This document shows positions 28,976 through 38,036 of a stretch of 58,321 nucleotides of DNA, piece by piece (position 1 is the first letter of the stretch; each line of letters begins with the position of its first letter). Below the pieces are notes generated by a model that did not search any database, was not told the origin of the DNA, and was given only the letters and a program-made list of their open reading frames with translations. The DNA comes from an uncultured Candidatus Saccharibacteria bacterium (GTDB taxonomy: Bacteria > Patescibacteriota > Minisyncoccia > Phycocordibacterales > DATDWN01): NCBI GenBank assembly GCA_964596875.1, contig CAZQVT010000003.1:1-58321 (forward strand), read 5' to 3'. Position numbers and translations under genes: made by a program.

Positions 28976-29383
28976 ATGGACACAGTATCTAAGATAAAAT
29001 CCTTGAACTTACCTTTCGGTAAATATATGGTATTTGGTAGCGCGGTAATGGAACTGCATAACATAAGAAAAGCAAAAGATATTGATCTTTTAATAAATGA
29101 GGAATTATATAAAGAACTTAGAAAAAATGGATGGAGTAGAAAATGGAACTTTAAAAGAGTCCTGACATGCAAGGCAGTAAAAAAAGATAGCGTTGAAGCT
29201 TTCACAAACTTAAAGTGGAAAAACTATCAGTTTGAAACTGAGGACTTAATTAGAAATGCGGAAAATATAAATGGAGTTCCGTTTATGAAGTTAGAAGATT
29301 ATTTAGAATATAAAAAACACCTGCCAAGGGAAAAAGATAAAAATGATGTTATCTTAATGCAAAATTTTTTGAAAACCCAATAA
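28976..29383 (+). CDS. Small protein with minimal nucleotidyltransferase-like motif
   Basis: 135 aa. FGSAVMELHNIRKAKDIDLL fits the G[SG]-x(9-13)-D-x-D pattern of pol-beta-fold NTases. No other support. Confidence 0.5.
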   Translation: MDTVSKIKSLNLPFGKYMVFGSAVMELHNIRKAKDIDLLINEELYKELRKNGWSRKWNFKRVLTCKAVKKDSVEAFTNLKWKNYQFETEDLIRNAENINGVPFMKLEDYLEYKKHLPREKDKNDVILMQNFLKTQ

Positions 29384-29426
29384 AACACAAAGAACCTCTT
29401 AGGATTTTTGGCAAAGGTCGCGTATA

Positions 29427-29485
29427 AAATAAAAAACATATTCCGAGGCTTACAGATAGTACGGTGAGAATATGTTTTTTATTTT
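29427..29485. terminator. Long inverted repeat between convergent genes
   Basis: AAAATAAAAAACATATTC (29427-29444) is the exact reverse complement of GAATATGTTTTTTATTTT (29468-29485). 23-nt loop. Confidence 0.5.
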
Positions 29486-29515
29486 AGACGATGAGATTTG
29501 TCAAAAAGACAAGAG

Positions 29516-29716
29516 CTATCTTGAGACATACGGCAAGAGTCCCATGAAGCGAGCGTGTTTTATCGCCATAGCTAAATTTCTCTGGTTCTTTGCAGTAACA
29601 CCAGTTCTCTTTCTAGAAATCATTCTAGCGTGAGGATTTAGAAACTTCTTAAGAAGCTCTACATCCTTGTAGTCTATGTGCTTTATATTATTCTCGGTAA
29701 AGTAACAATTTTTCAT
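29516..29716 (-). CDS. rpsR: 30S ribosomal protein S18
   Basis: 66 aa. IDYKDVELLKKFL...RKRTGVTAKNQR. Classic rpsF-ssb-rpsR order. Confidence 0.9.
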   Translation of the reverse strand: MKNCYFTENNIKHIDYKDVELLKKFLNPHARMISRKRTGVTAKNQRNLAMAIKHARFMGLLPYVSR

Positions 29717-29732
29717 ATTTTTAATTTTATTT

Positions 29733-30170
29733 TTAAAATGGTATGTCTTCTGGGTTAATCTCTTCTTCTGGGTACTCTATTGTGTCCAATGCTTTCTTAT
29801 CATCCTCTGCCGGTGCTCCTCCAAAACTTGGTGCCACACCATCTCTTTTCGGACCAAACTGCATAGTGTCTACAACAACCTCTGTTCTGTATTTCTTTAC
29901 TCCTGAGGCATCGTCCCAACTTCTAGTTTGCATTCTACCTTCAACCAAAATTGATGAACCCTTTCTCATGTATTGTCCAACGATCTCTGCCTGTCTTCCG
30001 AACACTACTACATTGTGATAATCTACATTTTCTTGTTTAACACCATTTTTATCTTTCCAAACTCTATTCGTAGCAACTGAAAAACTTGCAACCTTTACTC
30101 CTGACGGTAGAGACTTTACCTCTGGGTCTCGAGTCAAGTTACCTATTATCATTGCTTTGTTTAGATACAT
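29733..30170 (-). CDS. ssb: Single-stranded DNA-binding protein
   Basis: 145 aa. MYLNKAMIIGNLTRDPE OB fold and acidic tail ending DIPF. Confidence 0.92.
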   Translation of the reverse strand: MYLNKAMIIGNLTRDPEVKSLPSGVKVASFSVATNRVWKDKNGVKQENVDYHNVVVFGRQAEIVGQYMRKGSSILVEGRMQTRSWDDASGVKKYRTEVVVDTMQFGPKRDGVAPSFGGAPAEDDKKALDTIEYPEEEINPEDIPF

Positions 30171-30180
30171 ATTTTTTAGA

Positions 30181-30699
30181 TTATGCTACCACTGCTTCGT
30201 CTGCACTTTTTTCTACCTCTTCTGAAACAGAATCATCTACAGAAGCATCAACTGCTTCTTCAAAGTCCTCTTCCTTATCATCAAACTTCTTCGCTTTGTC
30301 TTCTGACTTTAGTTTCATCTTTCCATTAAGCAGAGTATTTTCTCTAACAGTTTTTATGATTAGGTGTCTTAGAACATCTGGACTTTCATCAAGCATCTTT
30401 TTAACAAGCTTAACTGCATCCTTTCCTAGTTCAAATTTTACCCATCCAAAGTAGCCTTCGTTTGCCTTAAATCTGTTTGTTTGAACAACCTTAACCATTG
30501 GGTAAGCTAGGTCGATTAGAACAGGGTCCTCATCTGAAATAATAGTTGCACCAAAAGAAACTAGGGCTTCTTTTATTGCTGAAACCTTACCTGGAACTTG
30601 TTCCGCTGAAAGTGTAGGAACAAGCAAAAAAGAGGCTTCATACACTGCTGTACTGCCCAGATCTGCCCCTGTATTTGTGTCGTTTAATTGTGTATCCAT
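30181..30699 (-). CDS. rpsF: 30S ribosomal protein S6 with long acidic C-terminal extension
   Basis: Start moved to the ATG (MDTQ...); the track start at 30735 is TTG and overlaps tatD. YEASFLLVP...GYFGWVKFE core, then an Asp/Glu-rich tail. Confidence 0.8.
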   Translation of the reverse strand: MDTQLNDTNTGADLGSTAVYEASFLLVPTLSAEQVPGKVSAIKEALVSFGATIISDEDPVLIDLAYPMVKVVQTNRFKANEGYFGWVKFELGKDAVKLVKKMLDESPDVLRHLIIKTVRENTLLNGKMKLKSEDKAKKFDDKEEDFEEAVDASVDDSVSEEVEKSADEAVVA

Positions 30700-30721
30700 G
30701 AAGTAGAGGCTATCATAATAA

Positions 30722-31546
30722 TCATAAAGAGGCAAGGGTCTCTTTTATGACTGGAAAATGTCTTAAAGTATTGTCAAATAAGGCCTTTTTTATGGTCTCC
30801 ACAGACTCCCCTTTTATCTCGGCTATTTTCTCTACAATAAGGGGTATATACAACGGTGAGTTTCTTTTGCCTCTATGCGGAACAGGAGCCACAAAAGGGG
30901 CATCTGTCTCTGCCATAAGTTGCTCCAGAGGAGTAAGTTGTACCAACTCGTCATAGTCCTTTGTGAAAGTCACAACCCCAGTAAAAGAGACGCTAAAACC
31001 TATATTTATAAACCTCTGCAAAATCTCTTTGTTGCCAGCAAAAAAATGAACGTTTCCCTTCAACTCCCCGCCAGATATTTTGAAATGATGTTCCAGTATT
31101 TGTAGTGCATCTAGATATGCATCATATGAACCCTTTTTATCTCTTACGTGTATCATTAGTGGCTTTTTTAAATCCAAAGCCAAATCAACATGATATTCAA
31201 AAACAGTCTTTTGTATTAGTTTGAGTTCGTGCTCATCACCTTCCATTCTAAAATAATCTAAACCGCACTCACCTATCGCAACCACTTTTTTGTCACTAGC
31301 TAGCTTTCTAAGGTGTTCGTCGAAGACAGAGTCTGGTCCCAAATCCCCGGGGTGCTGTCCAATGCATGCAAAAATATTTTCGTGTTCTTTAGCAAGTTTT
31401 ACGCACTCTTTTGAAGACACTAAGTCTGTGCCCACTACAATAGTTCCTATGTTATTTTTTTTAAGTTTCTTTATTTCTTCTTCTCTATCTTCATCAAAGT
31501 CAGGAAAATATAGATGCGAATGTATATCAAAATATTCTAATTTCAT
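30722..31546 (-). CDS. tatD: TatD-family metal-dependent hydrolase
   Basis: 274 aa. DIHSHL, IGECGLDY, HVRD and ETDAPF motifs. Confidence 0.9.
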   Translation of the reverse strand: MKLEYFDIHSHLYFPDFDEDREEEIKKLKKNNIGTIVVGTDLVSSKECVKLAKEHENIFACIGQHPGDLGPDSVFDEHLRKLASDKKVVAIGECGLDYFRMEGDEHELKLIQKTVFEYHVDLALDLKKPLMIHVRDKKGSYDAYLDALQILEHHFKISGGELKGNVHFFAGNKEILQRFINIGFSVSFTGVVTFTKDYDELVQLTPLEQLMAETDAPFVAPVPHRGKRNSPLYIPLIVEKIAEIKGESVETIKKALFDNTLRHFPVIKETLASL

Positions 31547-31547
31547 T

Positions 31548-32963
31548 TTATTTTCTTAAAAACAATGGTGCCTCTGGTTTTTTGTTTGCCTTAACAATGT
31601 CAATTATTTTTTTTGAAGTTCCCGGCAAAAAAGGTTCTAACATGTGCCCAATCTGGCCAACATTTTTAACTAAATGTTGTATTAATTCTTTATCCTTTGA
31701 TTCCCAAGGTTTCTTCTCTTGTATTTCCCTGTCTAAATCCCCTATTTTCTCCCACACATAATTTATGACTAAATCATTCCTGAACTCAGACATCTTTTCA
31801 TCAATATAATCCTTAAAAATATAACTAAAATTTGCTTCACTTAAAGGCTCAATGTTGTCCTCCGCTAATTTCATAACTCTTGAAACAAGATTACCCAGAC
31901 CATTCGCCAGGTCAGCATTGTATAACTCTTTAACTCTTTCCAAAGTTACATCACTGTCTTCAAATGGATGTATGTGACGTAGAAGAAAATATCTAACTGC
32001 ATCTGTTCCGTATTCATTTACAAGAGCGTATGGACTTATCACATTGCCCAAAGACTTACTCATTTTTTGTCCGCCTGATGTTATAAAACCGTGGTACACA
32101 ACCCTGTCTGTATTTTTTATATCTGCAGACATTAACATCGCTTGCCACATTATAGATTGAAATCTAACTTGGTCTTTTCCGGCAACCTGCACAGTCTCAC
32201 CTTCTATCCAAAACTTTTTAAAGTTCCCGTTTTCATCCGGCCAACCTAAAGTTGAAATGTAGTTTGTAAGCGCATCAAACCAAACGTACATTACCTGCGC
32301 CTCGTCCCCAGGAACAGGTATACCCCAAGAAAGTCTTTCTTTTTCTCTAGAAATACTAAAATCCTCCAACCCATTTTTTACAAAGTTTATCGCTTCTTCT
32401 CTTCTCCAGTCCGGTAAAATAGAGTTGTCGTTTTGTAAGTATTCTAAAAGTTTATCTCCGTAGTTACTTAGTCTGAAAAAATAATTTTCCTCTTCAATTT
32501 TTTTTATTTCTAGATGTGGGTGTATCAAACACTTACCCACTTCGTTTAAATCTTTTTCAGTTTTAAAAGATTCACAACCAACACAGTAGTCCCCAGTATA
32601 TGACTTTTTATATATATCTCCTTTTGCATCACATCTTTTCCATATTTCCTGTGCTGCCTTTATGTGGTTTTCATCAGTTGTACGAACAAAAGTGTCATTT
32701 GAAAGGTCGAGTAATTCTTTTAGTTTTTGAAACTCAAGGGAAAAGTGGTCAACGTATTCCTTTACATCCTTACCCTCTTTTTGACTTGCTTCCCATATTT
32801 TTTGGCCATGCTCGTCAGTACCTGTAGTAAAAAAGACCTCATCTCCTTTTAGACGTTTATATCTTGCTATTGCATCTGCATTCACTATCTCCGTAGCAAA
32901 CCCTATATGTGGGTCAGAATTAACGTAGGGCAGAGTGGTGGTAATATAGAAATTTTTAGACAT
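31548..32963 (-). CDS. metG: Methionine--tRNA ligase (short form, no C-terminal tRNA-binding domain)
   Basis: 471 aa. PYVNSDPHIGFA (HIGH region) and KMSKSLGN. Confidence 0.93.
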   Translation of the reverse strand: MSKNFYITTTLPYVNSDPHIGFATEIVNADAIARYKRLKGDEVFFTTGTDEHGQKIWEASQKEGKDVKEYVDHFSLEFQKLKELLDLSNDTFVRTTDENHIKAAQEIWKRCDAKGDIYKKSYTGDYCVGCESFKTEKDLNEVGKCLIHPHLEIKKIEEENYFFRLSNYGDKLLEYLQNDNSILPDWRREEAINFVKNGLEDFSISREKERLSWGIPVPGDEAQVMYVWFDALTNYISTLGWPDENGNFKKFWIEGETVQVAGKDQVRFQSIMWQAMLMSADIKNTDRVVYHGFITSGGQKMSKSLGNVISPYALVNEYGTDAVRYFLLRHIHPFEDSDVTLERVKELYNADLANGLGNLVSRVMKLAEDNIEPLSEANFSYIFKDYIDEKMSEFRNDLVINYVWEKIGDLDREIQEKKPWESKDKELIQHLVKNVGQIGHMLEPFLPGTSKKIIDIVKANKKPEAPLFLRK

Positions 32964-32975
32964 AACTTAACACTA

Positions 32976-34043
32976 CTAGGATTGGTTCATTCTTTCAATA
33001 GCCTCGATTTTGTTCTTTTCAAAGTCATCAAAAAACTCGATTATTATAGACGCTACAGGAACTGACAAAATAAGTCCCATAAAACCTGCCAGTTCCCAAC
33101 CAGCTGCCAAAGCCAAAATAGAAACTACCGGAGAAACACCTACAACTTTTTTAACAACCAAAGGATATATAAGTTGGTTTTCTAGTTGGTGTATAAAAAT
33201 ATACAAGAATGTTATAGCAATAGCAGATGAGAATCCCCCAGTAACAAAAGAGATCATTATAGCTGGAATTGCAGCAAGTATTGGACCGAAAAGTGGGATG
33301 ATTTCAAAAGCCGCAGCTAACACAGCCAAAAGTAGTGCGTTTGGAACTCTGAAAAGTGCGAGTGGTAAGTAAACTAGCATTCCGATAATAACTGCAAGCA
33401 CTAGTTGTCCCTGCATCCAAAGACCAATCTTTTTTTGAGATCGTTTCCAAAGGTCTACAACATAACCTTCATGTTTTAGTGTTGTTATCGCTTTCAAAAA
33501 CTTACCCACTCCATCCTCCTCTACCGCCAAATAAAATGAAAGTATAACCGTCAAAAGAAAACTCAGGATTCCACCGAAAATAGTAGTGACACTTCCAAAG
33601 GTATTCATTGTTATACCCGTGATCAAAGTATTTATCTGACCAATTGCCTTTTCCAAATCAAAACTATTTGTTATTCCGGCAATAATAGGTTGAGAAGAAA
33701 GGTAACTGTCGTTTATGATAACATCAGGATTAAAATACTTTGATGAGTTTTGCAAAAAATCTGTTGATTCTGAAAGCAAAGGTAGAAGCAAAAAGAAAAT
33801 AGTTCCAACAAAACATATCGCAACTGTAAGATAAATTAGGATAACTCCAAATAGTCTTGGGACTCCTTTTCTTTGAAACCATCGTGTTCCCGGCTCTACT
33901 GCTGAAGCAATAACAATAGAAAGCAAAATCACCAAAAGCAGATCCTTTAAAACAAAACCTAGTGCAAACAACAAAACGACCACAATAAATTTTGTAATAG
34001 TTCCCAAACTTATACTAATAGTAGTATTTTCTTTTAGATTCAT
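32976..34043 (-). CDS. AI-2E (PerM/UPF0118) family transporter
   Basis: 355-aa polytopic membrane protein. IPLFGPILAAIPA and the length are typical of the family. Confidence 0.85.
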   Translation of the reverse strand: MNLKENTTISISLGTITKFIVVVLLFALGFVLKDLLLVILLSIVIASAVEPGTRWFQRKGVPRLFGVILIYLTVAICFVGTIFFLLLPLLSESTDFLQNSSKYFNPDVIINDSYLSSQPIIAGITNSFDLEKAIGQINTLITGITMNTFGSVTTIFGGILSFLLTVILSFYLAVEEDGVGKFLKAITTLKHEGYVVDLWKRSQKKIGLWMQGQLVLAVIIGMLVYLPLALFRVPNALLLAVLAAAFEIIPLFGPILAAIPAIMISFVTGGFSSAIAITFLYIFIHQLENQLIYPLVVKKVVGVSPVVSILALAAGWELAGFMGLILSVPVASIIIEFFDDFEKNKIEAIERMNQS

Positions 34044-34089
34044 GATTTGCTTTTACTAATACTAACACCGCAACCTTCTTTTGTTAAAT

Positions 34090-35415
34090 TTACTTTACAA
34101 GTTGTTCTCTGACGTATTTTACAAGTTCCTCAACAGACATTCTTTTTTGCTCGCCCGTATCTCTGTCGCGCACTGTTACACCTGCATCTTTTTCAATAGT
34201 TTCAAAATCTACCGTAACACACCATGGCGTACCTATTTCATCCTGTCTTCTATATCTTTTTCCAATATTTCCGTTATCATCAAACATAACCGCGCCAAAT
34301 TCTTTTTTAAGTTCAGAATAAATTTCTCTTGCTTTGTTTACCAAATCCGGCTTGTTTTTAAGTAGTGGAAAAACAGCGATCTTTATAGGAGCAATAGATG
34401 GTTTAAAAGCGAGATAAACTCTAGTTTCATCTCCCAAAACATCTTCTCTATATGCTGAGACTAAAACCGCAAGCAGAGTTCTGCCGTGGCCAAAAGATGG
34501 CTCGATAACATGTGGAATAAATCTCTGTTTAGTTTCTTCATCAAAGAAAGATAGATCCACACCAGAACCAGACGAATGACTTCTCAGATCGTGGTCAGTT
34601 CTATAAGCCAGTCCATACAACTCTTTTTTACCAAATGGATAATCAAACTCGAAATCTATTGTTCTCTTTGAATAAAAGGCTCTGTCTTCTCCTGAAACTT
34701 CTAGTTCATGCACCATGTCTTTGTTTAGCCCTACCCTTTCTACCCATCTGTGCATTTCTTTTCTCCACATTTCAAAATACTCTTCCCATTTTTCCTCTCG
34801 AACAAAATATTCAAACTCCATAAGGTCAAACTCGCGAACTCTAAAAAGAAAATCTCTTGGAGCAATTTCATTTCTGTAAGCCTTGCCTATTTGTGCAATA
34901 CCGAAAGGTAAATCTGGATGTACAGTATCTAAAATATTTTTGAAGTTTAAAAACATTCCAGGAGCGATTTCACCACGTAGGTACGCAGTTGTGTCTCCAC
35001 TACTCCCCATATTGACTGGGAACATTAGATTAAATGCTTTTTCCTCACCAAGTTTTCCTCCACAGTCTGGACAAACTTTTTTATCTTCTAGATGATCCGC
35101 ACGAAAACGATGATGACATTTTTCACACTCTACGACTGGATCAGAAAAACCAGCAAGATGTCCACTTGCTTTCCAAACCGCCTCTGGAACCAAAGTTGGT
35201 GTAGATATACCAAAAATATTATCTTGCTCAGATACAAAATGTTTCCACCAAAGTTGTTTTATGTTGTATGAAAGTTCAGAGCCATATGGACCGTAGTCCC
35301 ATGTGCCCGCAAGTCCACCATATATTTCAGAACCTTGAAACACAAAGCCTCTCCTTTTACATAGAGATATGATCTTCTCCATTAGATTTTCGTTCTTTTC
35401 AGTTGCCATATACAA
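34090..35415 (-). CDS. Glycine--tRNA ligase (class II, homodimeric type)
   Basis: 441 aa. RRGFVFQGSEIYGGLAGTWDYGPYG, FRNEIAPR, anticodon-binding C-terminus. Confidence 0.93.
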   Translation of the reverse strand: MYMATEKNENLMEKIISLCKRRGFVFQGSEIYGGLAGTWDYGPYGSELSYNIKQLWWKHFVSEQDNIFGISTPTLVPEAVWKASGHLAGFSDPVVECEKCHHRFRADHLEDKKVCPDCGGKLGEEKAFNLMFPVNMGSSGDTTAYLRGEIAPGMFLNFKNILDTVHPDLPFGIAQIGKAYRNEIAPRDFLFRVREFDLMEFEYFVREEKWEEYFEMWRKEMHRWVERVGLNKDMVHELEVSGEDRAFYSKRTIDFEFDYPFGKKELYGLAYRTDHDLRSHSSGSGVDLSFFDEETKQRFIPHVIEPSFGHGRTLLAVLVSAYREDVLGDETRVYLAFKPSIAPIKIAVFPLLKNKPDLVNKAREIYSELKKEFGAVMFDDNGNIGKRYRRQDEIGTPWCVTVDFETIEKDAGVTVRDRDTGEQKRMSVEELVKYVREQLVK

Positions 35416-35452
35416 GCATAGTACCCCATAAACCTATTTGATTCAAACGAGA

Positions 35453-37357
35453 CTATTTTACAACTGTTTCCTTTCCAAAAGTGTATGAAGCATCAGAGAA
35501 CCTAGTATTGACCGGAAGAGCACTTGTTTTGACCTCCTTTTCTGTGTACGTGTCAGTTGCCAGCATATCCACTGCCGAAGTTAGATTTGGTACAGAACCC
35601 ACTTGAACAACACTCGGTGTTAGTCCCACCTTAAAGTAAACTTGTTTAGGTGAATTTACAAAACCACTACCTGCTGTAACTGGACCGATATCCCATATAA
35701 CTATTCTGGTGTCTGAGTTGTATGAAATTTTTTCTGTAGATGGAGAAGTCTCACCTTTCCAGAAGACTCCTTGTGGCAACTCTGCCCTAGCCACTGTCCC
35801 TTTCAAATCAGAAGTTGTGTTTGTAACCACCCAGTTAATAGTATATGTTGTTTCCTTATCTGCCTTTGGTGGGACAGTACCCGTGTTAGTAAATGGTCCA
35901 GAATCTCGCAAGGCTTTAGAAGTTATACTAGCAACTGTTGATATTTTAATCACAACGTCTTGTGTAGAGTTCACTACACCACCATCTCTTCCAGAGCGAT
36001 TCCCTGTCATAGAAATTTTCAAATTTATAAATGGATTTTTTATAAACTTTGGTTGCACAAGGTTTGACAAAGAACCAACAGACAATGCAATATCACCGGA
36101 ATCCCCAGGAGCAATATCTGCCAAGGAAGCATTTTCATTTTTTGTCCATGTAGCAAGATCATTTAGTGAACTATAGTATCCACCTGCCATTACATTTACT
36201 TTGCTTTCATCAAGAGCATTACCTGTCAAAACTATTTGTATATTTGCATCAGTAATCTTGTCAGGAAGTGTATTCTGCCATTTAACATTTACCGGAATAG
36301 AATCCCCTACGGTTCCAACAGAATTATTTCCCGCACGAACATTTAGGTCGAAAAATGATTTTCTTAGTCCCATAGTAATAGTGTTTGAAACTAAAACTGT
36401 ATCAAAATCATACACAGACCCACTTTTGTTGCCCGCAGAAATTCTAAACGAACGGTCTTCCATATTTTGACCAACCAAAGCCCCAACAATATCAAACTTC
36501 TTTTTGTCTCCATTTTTCAAATCACCCAAACTCCAAACTGAATCATTTCTCACTGGTTTTATAGTAGAACTTTTATAGGTAAAGCCGTACGGATAATCTA
36601 TCTTTACCAAGAGATCCTTTATAGGAACGGTAGAGTTTGAAGTAACCTCTACTGTCATTGTTATATCCTGACCAGAATTAATTTCTTTTGGATATTTTAC
36701 GTCCAGCAAAATAGGAGATGAGCCAATGATCACATCATAAGTTTTTTCCTTAGAGAAAACTGCATTTGAACCCTTTACTTTGTATTCTATTCTAAATGAG
36801 AAAGTTTTTATGGAATCCTTTTCACCAAAAAGTGCTACCCTCACACCATGCTCTGCTGAGCCACCTTTTGGTACAACCCCTAGGTTTATTTCTTCATGTG
36901 TAATATCTTTTTCATCCTCGCCAACCGTCATTGCTCCCTCAGGATAAGTAATAAACAAAGTGGACTCCTCCAAATCAGTACGGTTTCCATTTACAATAGA
37001 TAGACCTATAGACAACTCTTCGCCAGAAGAAACAGATGTTGGGGCAATTATGTCTACACTTAAGTTGTTTGATGAGATCATATTTATCCCCCCAAAGAAA
37101 ATAAATACCGCAATCCCAATAGATACAACGAAAAAGAGTAGCGAACCGACCAAAAACTTATTAAAAAATGAGTTGTTTCTTTTCACAATAGTTTCTGGTG
37201 ATATAGAATAATCCGGTTTATCTCCCCACGAAGAAGGAACGTCAAACTCCTTTGGTTCAACTGCAGTTCTTTTTTCTTTCGGTATGAGTTTTTCGTTTCT
37301 AGAATATAGGTTTCTCTTTAGCCTATCAATGCTACTTTCATTTGGATCTTGTTCCAT
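35453..37357 (-). CDS. Membrane-anchored protein of unknown function with repeated beta-sandwich-like segments
   Basis: 634-aa ORF. Charged cytoplasmic N-terminus, one TM (FLVGSLLFFVVSIGIAVFIFF), then Ser/Thr/Val-rich beta-type sequence. No catalytic motif recognised. Confidence 0.7.
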   Translation of the reverse strand: MEQDPNESSIDRLKRNLYSRNEKLIPKEKRTAVEPKEFDVPSSWGDKPDYSISPETIVKRNNSFFNKFLVGSLLFFVVSIGIAVFIFFGGINMISSNNLSVDIIAPTSVSSGEELSIGLSIVNGNRTDLEESTLFITYPEGAMTVGEDEKDITHEEINLGVVPKGGSAEHGVRVALFGEKDSIKTFSFRIEYKVKGSNAVFSKEKTYDVIIGSSPILLDVKYPKEINSGQDITMTVEVTSNSTVPIKDLLVKIDYPYGFTYKSSTIKPVRNDSVWSLGDLKNGDKKKFDIVGALVGQNMEDRSFRISAGNKSGSVYDFDTVLVSNTITMGLRKSFFDLNVRAGNNSVGTVGDSIPVNVKWQNTLPDKITDANIQIVLTGNALDESKVNVMAGGYYSSLNDLATWTKNENASLADIAPGDSGDIALSVGSLSNLVQPKFIKNPFINLKISMTGNRSGRDGGVVNSTQDVVIKISTVASITSKALRDSGPFTNTGTVPPKADKETTYTINWVVTNTTSDLKGTVARAELPQGVFWKGETSPSTEKISYNSDTRIVIWDIGPVTAGSGFVNSPKQVYFKVGLTPSVVQVGSVPNLTSAVDMLATDTYTEKEVKTSALPVNTRFSDASYTFGKETVVK

Positions 37358-37389
37358 GACAATAATTATAACATTATTTTATTTCAAAA

Positions 37390-37968
37390 CTACAGATGAC
37401 TTGCTTTAAGTGCCTTGTTTATTATACCAACTAAAACTATTTTATTTTCTTTTGTACTTAAAAGTACTTCCTTGTCCCAGTTTTCTCCTAAAAAGATAGA
37501 GGTGTTTTCATCTTTTACTACGTACCCAAGTTTGTCTAAAACTCTAATAACCATTAAGACTTCGAACTCCGAGGTTAAATCTTCCTCCATCTCTTTCAAA
37601 AATTGTAGTCCATTTTTCACTACAGAAAATAATTCTTTTTGAGGTAACTCTCCCTGTATCATTTGCATCAGAACAAAGCCTATTTGCGACAAGACTTTAT
37701 GTGCATAAACAGGTGAGTCAAAATAAAATGAACCGTTTGCAACAGCATTAGTTATTTTCCAACCACCCTTACCTTTTACAGCCGAAACTGAAATGTTTGC
37801 ATACTCTTGTAATGCGGGACGCAGTTTAGAGACATACAACCTCGCTGAACGAGCAGAGGCAATGATTAGCCCCAAGTCTGAAGTCAAAATGTGCAACAAA
37901 ACATTCGCCTCTCCAAAAGGTGTTCTTTTCAAAATAATCCCTTCGGTAGTGTAGATGTGATACGACAT
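37390..37968 (-). CDS. recO: DNA repair protein RecO (divergent)
   Basis: Start moved to the ATG (MSYHIYTTEGIILKRTPFGEANVLLHILT...). N-terminal OB-fold sequence is RecO-like. The track start is GTG. Confidence 0.7.
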   Translation of the reverse strand: MSYHIYTTEGIILKRTPFGEANVLLHILTSDLGLIIASARSARLYVSKLRPALQEYANISVSAVKGKGGWKITNAVANGSFYFDSPVYAHKVLSQIGFVLMQMIQGELPQKELFSVVKNGLQFLKEMEEDLTSEFEVLMVIRVLDKLGYVVKDENTSIFLGENWDKEVLLSTKENKIVLVGIINKALKASHL

Positions 37969-38036
37969 TGTTTTCTTATGAGAGTAGCGAATTTGAAACA
38001 CAAGAAGTGCCCTTGTGGTGCGACATTCAAAAATAT

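Noticed and set aside
28976-29383. NTase-like ORF as half of an MNT-HEPN toxin-antitoxin pair
   Set aside because: No adjacent small ORF is available on either side, because terminators directly flank the gene. The only HEPN-like sequence in the window is the C-terminus of the distant 185-1627 membrane protein.
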